Positions 44,690 through 51,382 of a stretch of DNA of 51,382 nucleotides are shown here, one piece after another. The notes beneath the pieces are model-generated. The model was not told the DNA's origin. It saw only the letters and a program-made list of their open reading frames with translations, and did not search any database. The DNA is taken from positions 1-51,382 of IMG/VR virus record IMGVR_UViG_3300030060_003808; one strand, written 5' to 3'. Within the stretch, counting starts at the first letter, position 1, and each line of letters begins with the position of its first letter. Source of the stretch: a virus. Its lineage: Duplodnaviria; Caudoviricetes. A program made the position numbers and the translations under genes.

Positions 44690-44985
44690 TAATCTCTCCT
44701 GGCATCGATCTTTCCATCTTCTACAAAGTTTTCAGCTCTGGCAATTCGGTCCAAATCTGGAGGCATGTTCAAAGCACTTGACACGATTGTATCAATCCGA
44801 ATGATATCGTTGTTCATTATGGACGCCCGGGTAATGAGCATTTTCGTGATTCCTTGTATTGTTTTTATATCGTCGACTAGGCCGCCCATGAGCTGTCGCA
44901 TAATTAGAAATATAAAGTAGCCCATGATGAGGCCACTTGCGATGGGTAAACCGAGATCGCTAATCAAGCCAATGGCTTGTTCCAT
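44689..44985 (-). CDS. Small membrane protein (TM + coiled coil)
   Basis: LISDLGLPIASGLIMGYFIFLIM, then MNNDIIRI. Confidence 0.65.
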   Translation of the reverse strand: MEQAIGLISDLGLPIASGLIMGYFIFLIMRQLMGGLVDDIKTIQGITKMLITRASIMNNDIIRIDTIVSSALNMPPDLDRIARAENFVEDGKIDARRD

Positions 44986-45371
44986 TACTTATCTTCGCCT
45001 TTGAATCCTTTGCTTTGTCCGGATTTACCCGAGTAGACTCCAAATACGACGCCCATTGCCCCAACCACGACACTAACCAGAGCAGACTGTTCTAAATTTG
45101 GATCGGTTAAATTCATAAACCAAATAACAGATTCATACATGAGATAAATGTAAACGACTACAAATATTCTGGGAAAAATTCTCCAAGCATCAATCGCCCT
45201 GGCTAGATGTATGACTTTTTGCCAAGGATTAACATTTGATTCATCTTCGAGCTCTCTTATTTTGTCTTTTAATTCAGATATCTCTCGCATCATATCCATA
45301 AATTTCGAAAGGTCGATCTCGACCTCATTCCGGTCCATGTCTCCTTGGAATTGTCCTGGATGTTGATTCAT
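44985..45371 (-). CDS. Holin-like two-TM protein
   Basis: IDAWRIFPRIF...WFM.L..P..EQSALVSVVVGA; start ATG 45371 overlaps the upstream stop. Confidence 0.55.
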   Translation of the reverse strand: MNQHPGQFQGDMDRNEVEIDLSKFMDMMREISELKDKIRELEDESNVNPWQKVIHLARAIDAWRIFPRIFVVVYIYLMYESVIWFMNLTDPNLEQSALVSVVVGAMGVVFGVYSGKSGQSKGFKGEDK

Positions 45372-45550
45372 AACATTGCAGCCAATCCTACTACTGCGAC
45401 AATAAATGGGTAAACGGCCCAAATCATGCTTTCTAACTTATCAAATCTTTTGGATCCGTCTTCAAGCCGCCTTTCAATGTTTTGATAGCGTAGTGTGCAC
45501 TCTCTTTCGTGTGCTGCAATCCTTGTCATTGCTTTCTCGAGATCAGCCAT
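45368..45550 (-). CDS. XhlA-like coiled-coil/TM protein
   Basis: HERECTLRY..IERRL..G..RFDKLE followed by a C-terminal TM helix. Confidence 0.6.
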   Translation of the reverse strand: MADLEKAMTRIAAHERECTLRYQNIERRLEDGSKRFDKLESMIWAVYPFIVAVVGLAAML

Positions 45551-45714
45551 TATTTGTTCTTTTTTTTAACGGCGACTGTTTTGTAGGCCTCATTGACATC
45601 ATCGGTCGATTTATCATCGCCCACATAAGTCCCGTCTTCATTTCTGGCCCGAACCTTTTTTGATTCATAGCCTAAGAATTTAATTTTGAACCAATCTGAT
45701 AATCCGTAAGCCAT
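45550..45714 (-). CDS. Hypothetical protein
   Basis: RARNEDGTYVGDDKSTDDVNEAY motif; start ATG 45714 with SD AGGAG. Confidence 0.65.
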   Translation of the reverse strand: MAYGLSDWFKIKFLGYESKKVRARNEDGTYVGDDKSTDDVNEAYKTVAVKKKNK

Positions 45715-45890
45715 TACTTTTCTCCTGGTTTCATTTTGGCGCGGCCGATATTGAGCGCACATAAATCTATTAATTTATATAGCTTGCCAATCCAAACGTC
45801 GTCTTTCGGTGTTTTAGTAACCGCAGCTATGATGCTGCTCACACTAATGATTGCCATTATTAATGCCATCATATTTGCAAAAGTTTGCAT
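45714..45890 (-). CDS. Small holin-like membrane protein (58 aa)
   Basis: Not in the track. MQTFANMMALIMAIISVSSIIAAVTKTPKDDVWIGKLYKLIDLCALNIGRAK; TAATG couplings on both sides. Confidence 0.7.
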   Translation of the reverse strand: MQTFANMMALIMAIISVSSIIAAVTKTPKDDVWIGKLYKLIDLCALNIGRAKMKPGEK

Positions 45891-46096
45891 TATTCTTCTC
45901 CTTCATTTTCATCATCGAGGACCATACTGGTTGTCTCGAGATCTTCATTTTCAGTGTCTTCTAAATTTTTTATTTTTTCAACGACACTTTCTCTTATTGT
46001 GCCTATCGATTTGAGCTCGCTTCCATCCCATGCACCTCTTTTTGTGGCAATATCAATGAGCTGTAATATGTTTAAAAATAAATTTTTTTCTTCCAT
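45890..46096 (-). CDS. Hypothetical protein
   Basis: IDIATKRGAW.GSEL..IG motif. Confidence 0.65.
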   Translation of the reverse strand: MEEKNLFLNILQLIDIATKRGAWDGSELKSIGTIRESVVEKIKNLEDTENEDLETTSMVLDDENEGEE

Positions 46097-46116
46097 TTTT
46101 CACTACCTTTTTGAAT

Positions 46117-46461
46117 TTAAGTTAAATCTTTAGTTACGCTACTGGGTGATATTTGTTGAGAAATTTTTTGGTCTAACGAAGTTTTCAATTCAGCCACTTT
46201 ATCTGCGCCCATCGCAGTTTCAACCCATCCTTGAACATCACTTGTTTTTAAGCTAGACCAATTAATAAAACTAGATAAATCCGAAGTATCTAATATTTGT
46301 GTACTACATATAGTTTCTGAAATGTTTACACCATCACCATCTGTATTGGAACCATCTACACCTTTTAATTTCCAATGAACATTATGGACTACGTTTGATT
46401 TTCCGCTTTTCGTAGGGTACACATCACATCTGGAAACATCCCATGTATATGAAATTGCCAT
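46117..46461 (-). CDS. Tail-fibre-associated protein
   Basis: YTWDV, NVVHNVHW, FI.W..L....V.GWV..AMG; directly after the tail fibre gene. Confidence 0.6.
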   Translation of the reverse strand: MAISYTWDVSRCDVYPTKSGKSNVVHNVHWKLKGVDGSNTDGDGVNISETICSTQILDTSDLSSFINWSSLKTSDVQGWVETAMGADKVAELKTSLDQKISQQISPSSVTKDLT

Positions 46462-46462
46462 T

Positions 46463-48805
46463 CTAGTTTCCTCCTTCTAATGCTGATATTTTTGTTTCAG
46501 CAACTTCTAGTCTTTCAATTAATTGCTGTATGACCGAAATATACATTGCATCCTTTTGGACAAATTCAGATGTTTTTGAGATGCCTTTTACATCGCCATC
46601 TAGTTTAGTAATCTGATCGAGCAGAAGTGTGTCTTTTCTGTCTGCATCGGTTTCGACTTCTTCAATAAATCTTGGATCGATTGCTTCTTGTTCTTGAGCA
46701 ATGAATCCGATTTGCTGTGTTTTTCCGCCATGTTCTTCTGGGTTTATCCAATCAAAAGTTTTAGGAGAATACGCTTTAAACTTTTCAATGTCGTATGAAA
46801 AATCTTCAATGTTTTCTTTCAATCTTCCATCAGACGGACTATACGAGCCTTGAATGGTTAGATTACCAGAGCTGTCGAGTGTCATGTTCTCTGTGCCACC
46901 TGTTATCCAATACATCGTGTTTCCATCGTGATTGTAATAAAACTGACCAGAACCAGTGCCCGCTCCCGCACCATCTGCGAAATTGATTCTATTTTGTGAA
47001 CCGCCATTTCGAGTGTGCATAGAGATTATTGCATCTCTCGCGCTGGAGTCTTCGGTGCAATGTATTAAAAGTTTGCAAGTTCCCTCTTTTGATATGGCTG
47101 CTCTTTCTCCGTCAACGGCTGCTGTAGCACCGACAAAGAATACTCCATCTCCAACAACCGCGGTTACACCTGTAGATGAGCCAGCTCCCATATCTATCCT
47201 ATTTCCATTGTGGGCATAATTTATAAAGCCCGAAACAGTGCCTTCATCTTTGAATCTAATAAGTGCATTTCTATTGGCGGCACCTGTATCAAATACTAGT
47301 GTTGGATCGCCACCGCTTGCAGAATCTATAAGTAATGTTGGATCTGCAATATTTGACATTCCTACTCTAAGTGTTCCACTTTGACTGAACTCATAAAGAG
47401 CAGTTCCAGCGTTATTGCGATATGAAAGAGCATTAGTCCTTGAATCATCGCTGTGTAATTCCCACAGTCTGCTTCCGTTTTGATAAATTTCAAAACCTGT
47501 GTCATATCCGTCAGCAGTATTATCTATACGAATAAAGGCAGAAGCTCCGCCGCCTTTTACATGAAGGTCTTTAGACGGGGCATTGGTCCCCACGCCCAAA
47601 CGATCTTCTCCACCATCAACAAAAAGCATATTGGCATTGCCGTTGCTTTCAACACGGAAATCTAAATCTACTGAATCTTCGTTTATAACTGTTTCTGTGC
47701 TGTTAGCAAGAACCCTAGAATTTTGCGCTCCAGCTAAAATGGTGTAAAGCTCGAAACGACCATCTTCTGTGCCATCGGAAGCATCGACAATCCTCGAAGC
47801 CAATCCAGCATAAATTACATCTTGAGAGTTATCGTTTCTGCCTTCAAACTGTATTTCACCTATGTAATCGTTATCTGCTGGTGAACTTGAGTTTCTATAC
47901 ATTCTAATGTTTGGACCAACTGCTGCATCTGCATCCGTTGAAACAAGAGAAAGCTGATCGGTATTATCGCTTGTCGTAATGGTTAATCCGCCATCTGGGA
48001 TCGCTACATCTTTGTTCTCATCGACAGAAATAATTGGTGTAGTGCCTACTGTTGAACCTAGGCCAATAAGTAAATCATCGGCTGAATCATCTAGGGCAAT
48101 GTAAAAATCTTGTGCATTTCCGTCAAAAACTATTGCGGTGTCAACTGCTGCGCCATCTCCTAGGGTTACAGTATCATCGGTGATTGTCAGTATATTGTTG
48201 GTTCCGACTGTAGAACCTTCACCAATCACTAATTTATCGGCTGAATCGTCTAAGCCAACATAAAAATCTTTTGCATTTCCGTCATATACAAGTTTTGTGT
48301 CTTCTGCTGTTCCATCACCAAGCGTTATGGTTGTTCCGGAAACAGTTAAAGAATCAGCGACGTTGAGATCTGTAAATGCCTCAACCATAGCCCCGCCCGC
48401 GCCAGCTCCGTCTGAGTAAATTGTTTTTACATGACTATTGGGTATTGTAACAGTAGCCCCGGTGCCTTGTTTAATAATAATGTCGTATGGCCCAGAAGAT
48501 CCGCTGTCTGTTGTGGCGTTTTCAATAAACCATAGCTTTGAAACTGTGTTTGGGCTTATGGTAATTGTGCAAGTCGAATCCAATGCCCCGGTGTACTTCA
48601 AATACATCGATCTGCCTGGATCAGTCGCTCCGTCCGCAATCACAGTAGCGTGTGTATCGGCATTGCTGGTGATGGCCTCAGTCCCAAAACTAAAGGCTTC
48701 TGAAATCAACTCCAGATTTGTATTAGTGGTATCGCCCCAGGTTCCACTCTGCTCACCCGTTGTTATCTCTTCTAGTCTTAAATCATTTGTATATGCACTT
48801 GCCAT
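46463..48805 (-). CDS. Tail fibre with C-terminal intramolecular chaperone (peptidase S74-like)
   Basis: TGEQSGTWG.TTNTNL anchor; VINEDS.DLDFRVES, LGVGTNAP fibre motifs; SDGRLKENIED...GFIAQE; internal ~53-aa duplication (~48020-48335). Confidence 0.9.
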   Translation of the reverse strand: MASAYTNDLRLEEITTGEQSGTWGDTTNTNLELISEAFSFGTEAITSNADTHATVIADGATDPGRSMYLKYTGALDSTCTITISPNTVSKLWFIENATTDSGSSGPYDIIIKQGTGATVTIPNSHVKTIYSDGAGAGGAMVEAFTDLNVADSLTVSGTTITLGDGTAEDTKLVYDGNAKDFYVGLDDSADKLVIGEGSTVGTNNILTITDDTVTLGDGAAVDTAIVFDGNAQDFYIALDDSADDLLIGLGSTVGTTPIISVDENKDVAIPDGGLTITTSDNTDQLSLVSTDADAAVGPNIRMYRNSSSPADNDYIGEIQFEGRNDNSQDVIYAGLASRIVDASDGTEDGRFELYTILAGAQNSRVLANSTETVINEDSVDLDFRVESNGNANMLFVDGGEDRLGVGTNAPSKDLHVKGGGASAFIRIDNTADGYDTGFEIYQNGSRLWELHSDDSRTNALSYRNNAGTALYEFSQSGTLRVGMSNIADPTLLIDSASGGDPTLVFDTGAANRNALIRFKDEGTVSGFINYAHNGNRIDMGAGSSTGVTAVVGDGVFFVGATAAVDGERAAISKEGTCKLLIHCTEDSSARDAIISMHTRNGGSQNRINFADGAGAGTGSGQFYYNHDGNTMYWITGGTENMTLDSSGNLTIQGSYSPSDGRLKENIEDFSYDIEKFKAYSPKTFDWINPEEHGGKTQQIGFIAQEQEAIDPRFIEEVETDADRKDTLLLDQITKLDGDVKGISKTSEFVQKDAMYISVIQQLIERLEVAETKISALEGGN

Positions 48806-48823
48806 GTATTATGCCCTCTTTTT

Positions 48824-49540
48824 TTATACGGAGTCTCTACCCGCATCTATATTAGTATAGTTTGGAGTTTGAGTTGTTGCAATGTCTGAGTAACTAGGAG
48901 TTTGTGAAGTGCTGACATCCGAATAGTTTGGAGTTTGGTCAGTATCAATCAATCCATACACTAAAATAAATCCTGGGCTCACTGTCACGCTTACTCCGGT
49001 AAGGCTTACAATGGCTCCGGCTTGTATTGATACAGAGCCAATCGAGCTGGACATTGATTGGCCATCCAGGGTAAATATCTCATTGTGGAAGACAGTAACC
49101 GATCCAATGGCCGAAGTTATGGCCACGCCTGTTGGTGTGACGTTGGCTTTGGCGCTGACTGTTGGAGCTCCCAAAGCAGAAGTAATCGCTTGGCCGCTGA
49201 CACTGACAACCGCTCCAGCAACGACGCTTGGAGAGCCTAAAGCAGAAGTGGCAGCAATGCCTGTTGGTGTGACGTTGGCTTCTGCGTCAACACTCGGAGA
49301 TCCGAGCGCAGAAGTAATTGCTATCCCGGTTGGGCTGACATTGGCCTCTGCATCGACACTTGGAGTTCCAAGTGCGGATGTAATCGCTATCCCGGTTGGT
49401 GTGACATTAGCCTCTGCATCGACTGTTACGCTGCCAAGAGCAGAGGTAATTGCAATACCAGTAAGATCTACAGATACGTTGACAACAGCGGGTTGTCCCC
49501 AAGGACCAGAACCCCAAGTAGATCGTCCCCAACCAGCCAT
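48824..49540 (-). CDS. Repeat-rich virion structural protein
   Basis: GWGRSTWGSGPWG N-terminus; 21-aa repeat V.PTGIAITSALG.PSVDAEAN. Confidence 0.7.
   Translation of the reverse strand: MAGWGRSTWGSGPWGQPAVVNVSVDLTGIAITSALGSVTVDAEANVTPTGIAITSALGTPSVDAEANVSPTGIAITSALGSPSVDAEANVTPTGIAATSALGSPSVVAGAVVSVSGQAITSALGAPTVSAKANVTPTGVAITSAIGSVTVFHNEIFTLDGQSMSSSIGSVSIQAGAIVSLTGVSVTVSPGFILVYGLIDTDQTPNYSDVSTSQTPSYSDIATTQTPNYTNIDAGRDSV
49110..49470. repeat. 63-bp coding tandem repeat (~5-6 degenerate units)
   Basis: Recurring GTTGGTGTGAC.TT.GC.TCTGC.TC.ACACT units encoding the 21-aa repeat. Confidence 0.8.
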
Positions 49541-49677
49541 TAGAGATTATCGCGTACTTCAACCAATAAGGTTTTGATCTTGGTAAGCTCCGCTTCGACT
49601 GTATCGGTTATGAATTTGTAATCCAAAAGATAGTCAATCTTAGCAATGGCCTCAATTATTTTTTGTTTATTAGTCAT
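49540..49677 (-). CDS. Hypothetical 45-aa protein
   Basis: Not in the track. MTNKQKIIEAIAKIDYLLDYKFITDTVEAELTKIKTLLVEVRDNL; TAATG coupling to the next gene. Confidence 0.6.
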   Translation of the reverse strand: MTNKQKIIEAIAKIDYLLDYKFITDTVEAELTKIKTLLVEVRDNL

Positions 49678-49681
49678 TGTG

Positions 49682-51049
49682 TTATTCTACCTCAAAAATA
49701 TTTATGTTTTTAGGATTGTAATTATTTATAAACTTTTGTAAACTTGAATCTATGGAAGAATTTAATACATTATATTTTACTTGGGAAGAAGGGCCAGCAG
49801 TATTAGAGCCTGTTGAAAATGGCGATATTGGGTTCTTCATTACGCCTGGCGAATCTAATTGGATGCTTGCTACACCAAGGCAAGTTGCAGACTTTTTTAT
49901 TGACGGCTCAGAGATGTCCAAAACAAATTTTGAAAATAAATTTGGCGGCATAGGCGAAGGCTTGCCAGAGCTCCCAGCTGTAACATAACCACCACTAGCA
50001 AACTTTTTGATGTCTTGATCGTAAAATCTTGGATCTATTTCTTTTTTTGCTTGCCCAAAAATACTTTGCATTTCCTCAACCAATATTTTTCCTTTTGTTC
50101 GAGCTTCTCTGTTGAGTTTTGCAAGGTCATCAACATTATCCGGCAAACCTTTTGGAAAAACAGATCTAAACTCCTCATAGGCTAAGTGTGTCTTGTTTAC
50201 CGCTTTCCACATTGGTTCAGTTATGACACCAATCTCTGCCACTAGGGTTTCACCATCAGAGCCAGTAAACTGAATGTTTAATTTACGATCTACAAAACCT
50301 TCTGGCTTTATTTTTCTGCCTTTATCAAAAACTTTATAATTTTTCTTCATCAAATTTACAAAGGCTTCTTCTTCGGCTGGTGTTTTGATAACAACTCTTG
50401 TTCTAAGTGAATCGGTTATTTTTGATATATCGCCTTTGTATTTGGTGTCGGTTTTTTCTACAATTCTAGGAACTTGTTTTATTGTTCCAAGTGGCTCTCC
50501 ATGTTTGCCCATTTTTCCAATAGATTCTGGTATTGTTGTTTTTAAATCTAACTGTCTTGCTAGATTGTCAATTTGTTGATTAAACTCCGGGGCCAGTTTT
50601 ACCGCAACACTTCGCATCTTGTGTGCTTTTCCTATGGTAGAGTGTTTTTTATCAAATAATTCACGTTGAACAAATGTCAAATTTTCTCTGCTTGATGTTT
50701 CGCCTAAACCGCCAATTCCTTTCCTAACTGCTGGCATCAATGCTCGTTTGAGCGGTTCTTTGCCGAATCTTGTCAGCTCACCTACAACGGGTATGGCTGC
50801 AAGACCGGATAATCCAGCAATCCCAAGTTTCATCGCGGCGGATCCGAGCTCACCCTGGCTAAAGTCACGATAAGCATCACGGCCGTATTTGCCAGCTGCG
50901 GCTATGTCCATGGCTACGCCTGGAGGAGTGAAGCCAGCTGCAATCTGGGCCAGTAGCGGTACATTTTGTTCGTAACCTTCAACAGCTTTATCAAGGAAAT
51001 CTCTCTGTGCCGCACCGCCATCTTGAAAAATGTCGATATCTCGATACAT
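49682..51049 (-). CDS. Putative virion-delivered effector with RelA/SpoT-like nucleotidyltransferase domain
   Basis: IKQVPRIVEK, ITDSLRTRV, GFVDRKLNI, AEIGVIT resemble Syn1-Syn4; pre-toxin-like leader (GFTPPG...AAIPVVG); N-terminal IDIFQDGG. Confidence 0.7.
   Translation of the reverse strand: MYRDIDIFQDGGAAQRDFLDKAVEGYEQNVPLLAQIAAGFTPPGVAMDIAAAGKYGRDAYRDFSQGELGSAAMKLGIAGLSGLAAIPVVGELTRFGKEPLKRALMPAVRKGIGGLGETSSRENLTFVQRELFDKKHSTIGKAHKMRSVAVKLAPEFNQQIDNLARQLDLKTTIPESIGKMGKHGEPLGTIKQVPRIVEKTDTKYKGDISKITDSLRTRVVIKTPAEEEAFVNLMKKNYKVFDKGRKIKPEGFVDRKLNIQFTGSDGETLVAEIGVITEPMWKAVNKTHLAYEEFRSVFPKGLPDNVDDLAKLNREARTKGKILVEEMQSIFGQAKKEIDPRFYDQDIKKFASGGYVTAGSSGKPSPMPPNLFSKFVLDISEPSIKKSATCLGVASIQLDSPGVMKNPISPFSTGSNTAGPSSQVKYNVLNSSIDSSLQKFINNYNPKNINIFEVE
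49716..49751 (+). promoter_or_regulatory. Internal antisense sigma70 promoter
   Basis: TTGTAA(49716)-N17-TAAACT(49739), 7 nt before ATG 49752; hexamers identical to the promoter at 905-939. Confidence 0.6.
49752..49988 (+). CDS. Acidic 78-aa protein nested antisense in the RelA/SpoT-like gene; candidate immunity protein
   Basis: Globular-looking, aromatic and acidic sequence with its own promoter, while the opposite-strand frame becomes Ser/Pro-rich here. Confidence 0.6.
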   Translation: MEEFNTLYFTWEEGPAVLEPVENGDIGFFITPGESNWMLATPRQVADFFIDGSEMSKTNFENKFGGIGEGLPELPAVT

Positions 51050-51080
51050 ACCAAGATTATAACTGAAACTCTAAATATTT

Positions 51081-51382
51081 CTAATTTGAATAATCTCCGT
51101 AGCCAATATCATATTTTTCATCTTCCATATCAAGCAAGCCCTGGAATTTTCTCTTCAAGATTCTGTGAACCTTGTGATAAGGGAAATCTTCGTAGCCCGG
51201 GTGTGAGCTCTGAATCTGTCTGGCAATCTTTCTGGCCCCTAAACCTTTGGCTCTGAGCGCATAGATGTGTTTCAGCACTTCCTGTTCTTCCGGGATTGGG
51301 ACCAGCTTGGTTCTGCGTCTGCTGCCAGAGCCATCGTATTCTTTACGATAACCAAATGGTGTGTGGCCGCCAATCGAGTAGC
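51081..51382 (-). CDS. Serine recombinase/resolvase, C-terminal part (5' end beyond window)
   Basis: Open frame to the window end: YSIGGHTPFGYRK...LVPIPEEQEVLKHIYALRAKGLGARKIARQI. Confidence 0.75.
   Translation of the reverse strand, partial: YSIGGHTPFGYRKEYDGSGSRRRTKLVPIPEEQEVLKHIYALRAKGLGARKIARQIQSSHPGYEDFPYHKVHRILKRKFQGLLDMEDEKYDIGYGDYSN

Noticed and set aside
48020-48335. Tail-fibre internal duplication as a diversity-generating retroelement TR/VR pair
   Set aside because: In-frame tandem domain repeat, differences are not adenine-specific, and no reverse transcriptase is present.
11722-48860. Numerous plus-strand ORFs opposite the structural genes
   Set aside because: Ser/Pro/Phe-rich antisense shadows without initiation signals or motifs.
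49110-49470. Regular 63-bp repeats as a CRISPR array
   Set aside because: Units are contiguous, degenerate at codon third positions and encode a 21-aa repeat; no unique spacers or cas genes.
49011-49577. 188-aa plus-strand ORF
   Set aside because: Antisense shadow of the repeat protein, with no promoter or SD; unlike 49752-49988 it mirrors the sense-strand repeat.
1-51382. Window as a complete circular genome
   Set aside because: No terminal repeat is seen, and joining the ends does not complete either the oxygenase or the recombinase, so some sequence is missing.
1-51382. tRNA/rRNA genes, DNA polymerase, specific host assignment
   Set aside because: None recognisable by eye. The host can only be narrowed to Gram-negative (spanins, CsgG).

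Overview
A near-complete (~51 kb) genome of a tailed dsDNA phage of a Gram-negative host, with a podovirus-like (P22-type) morphogenesis module: portal, scaffold, major capsid, adaptor and tail-hub proteins and ejection proteins, with no tail tube, sheath or tape measure. The gene content resembles marine phages. Most genes are on the minus strand. Replication and recombination genes include a Toprim primase-VirE helicase, an SSB-like protein, a RecE-like exonuclease and a Holliday-junction resolvase. No DNA polymerase is visible. There are three different 2OG-Fe(II) oxygenases, a HAD nucleotidase, a GroES homolog, and a serine recombinase cut off by the window end. Main unusual observations: (1) a csgF-csgG-curlin-FecR-curlin-CHASE2/adenylate cyclase operon embedded in the lysis cassette; (2) a hairpin RNA behind the SSB gene whose loop region is complementary to both the 5' end and the Shine-Dalgarno region of two distant accessory cassettes that share one promoter/operator design; (3) a RelA/SpoT-like effector gene containing an antisense, promoter-bearing acidic ORF, a candidate immunity gene; (4) a second effector with a similar leader but an ADP-ribosyltransferase-like domain; (5) shared xxGG and MAI[ST]RAQ peptide motifs among virion-associated proteins; (6) an ordered array of palindromes downstream of the small terminase. 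All calls come from reading motifs by eye; no database searches were run.
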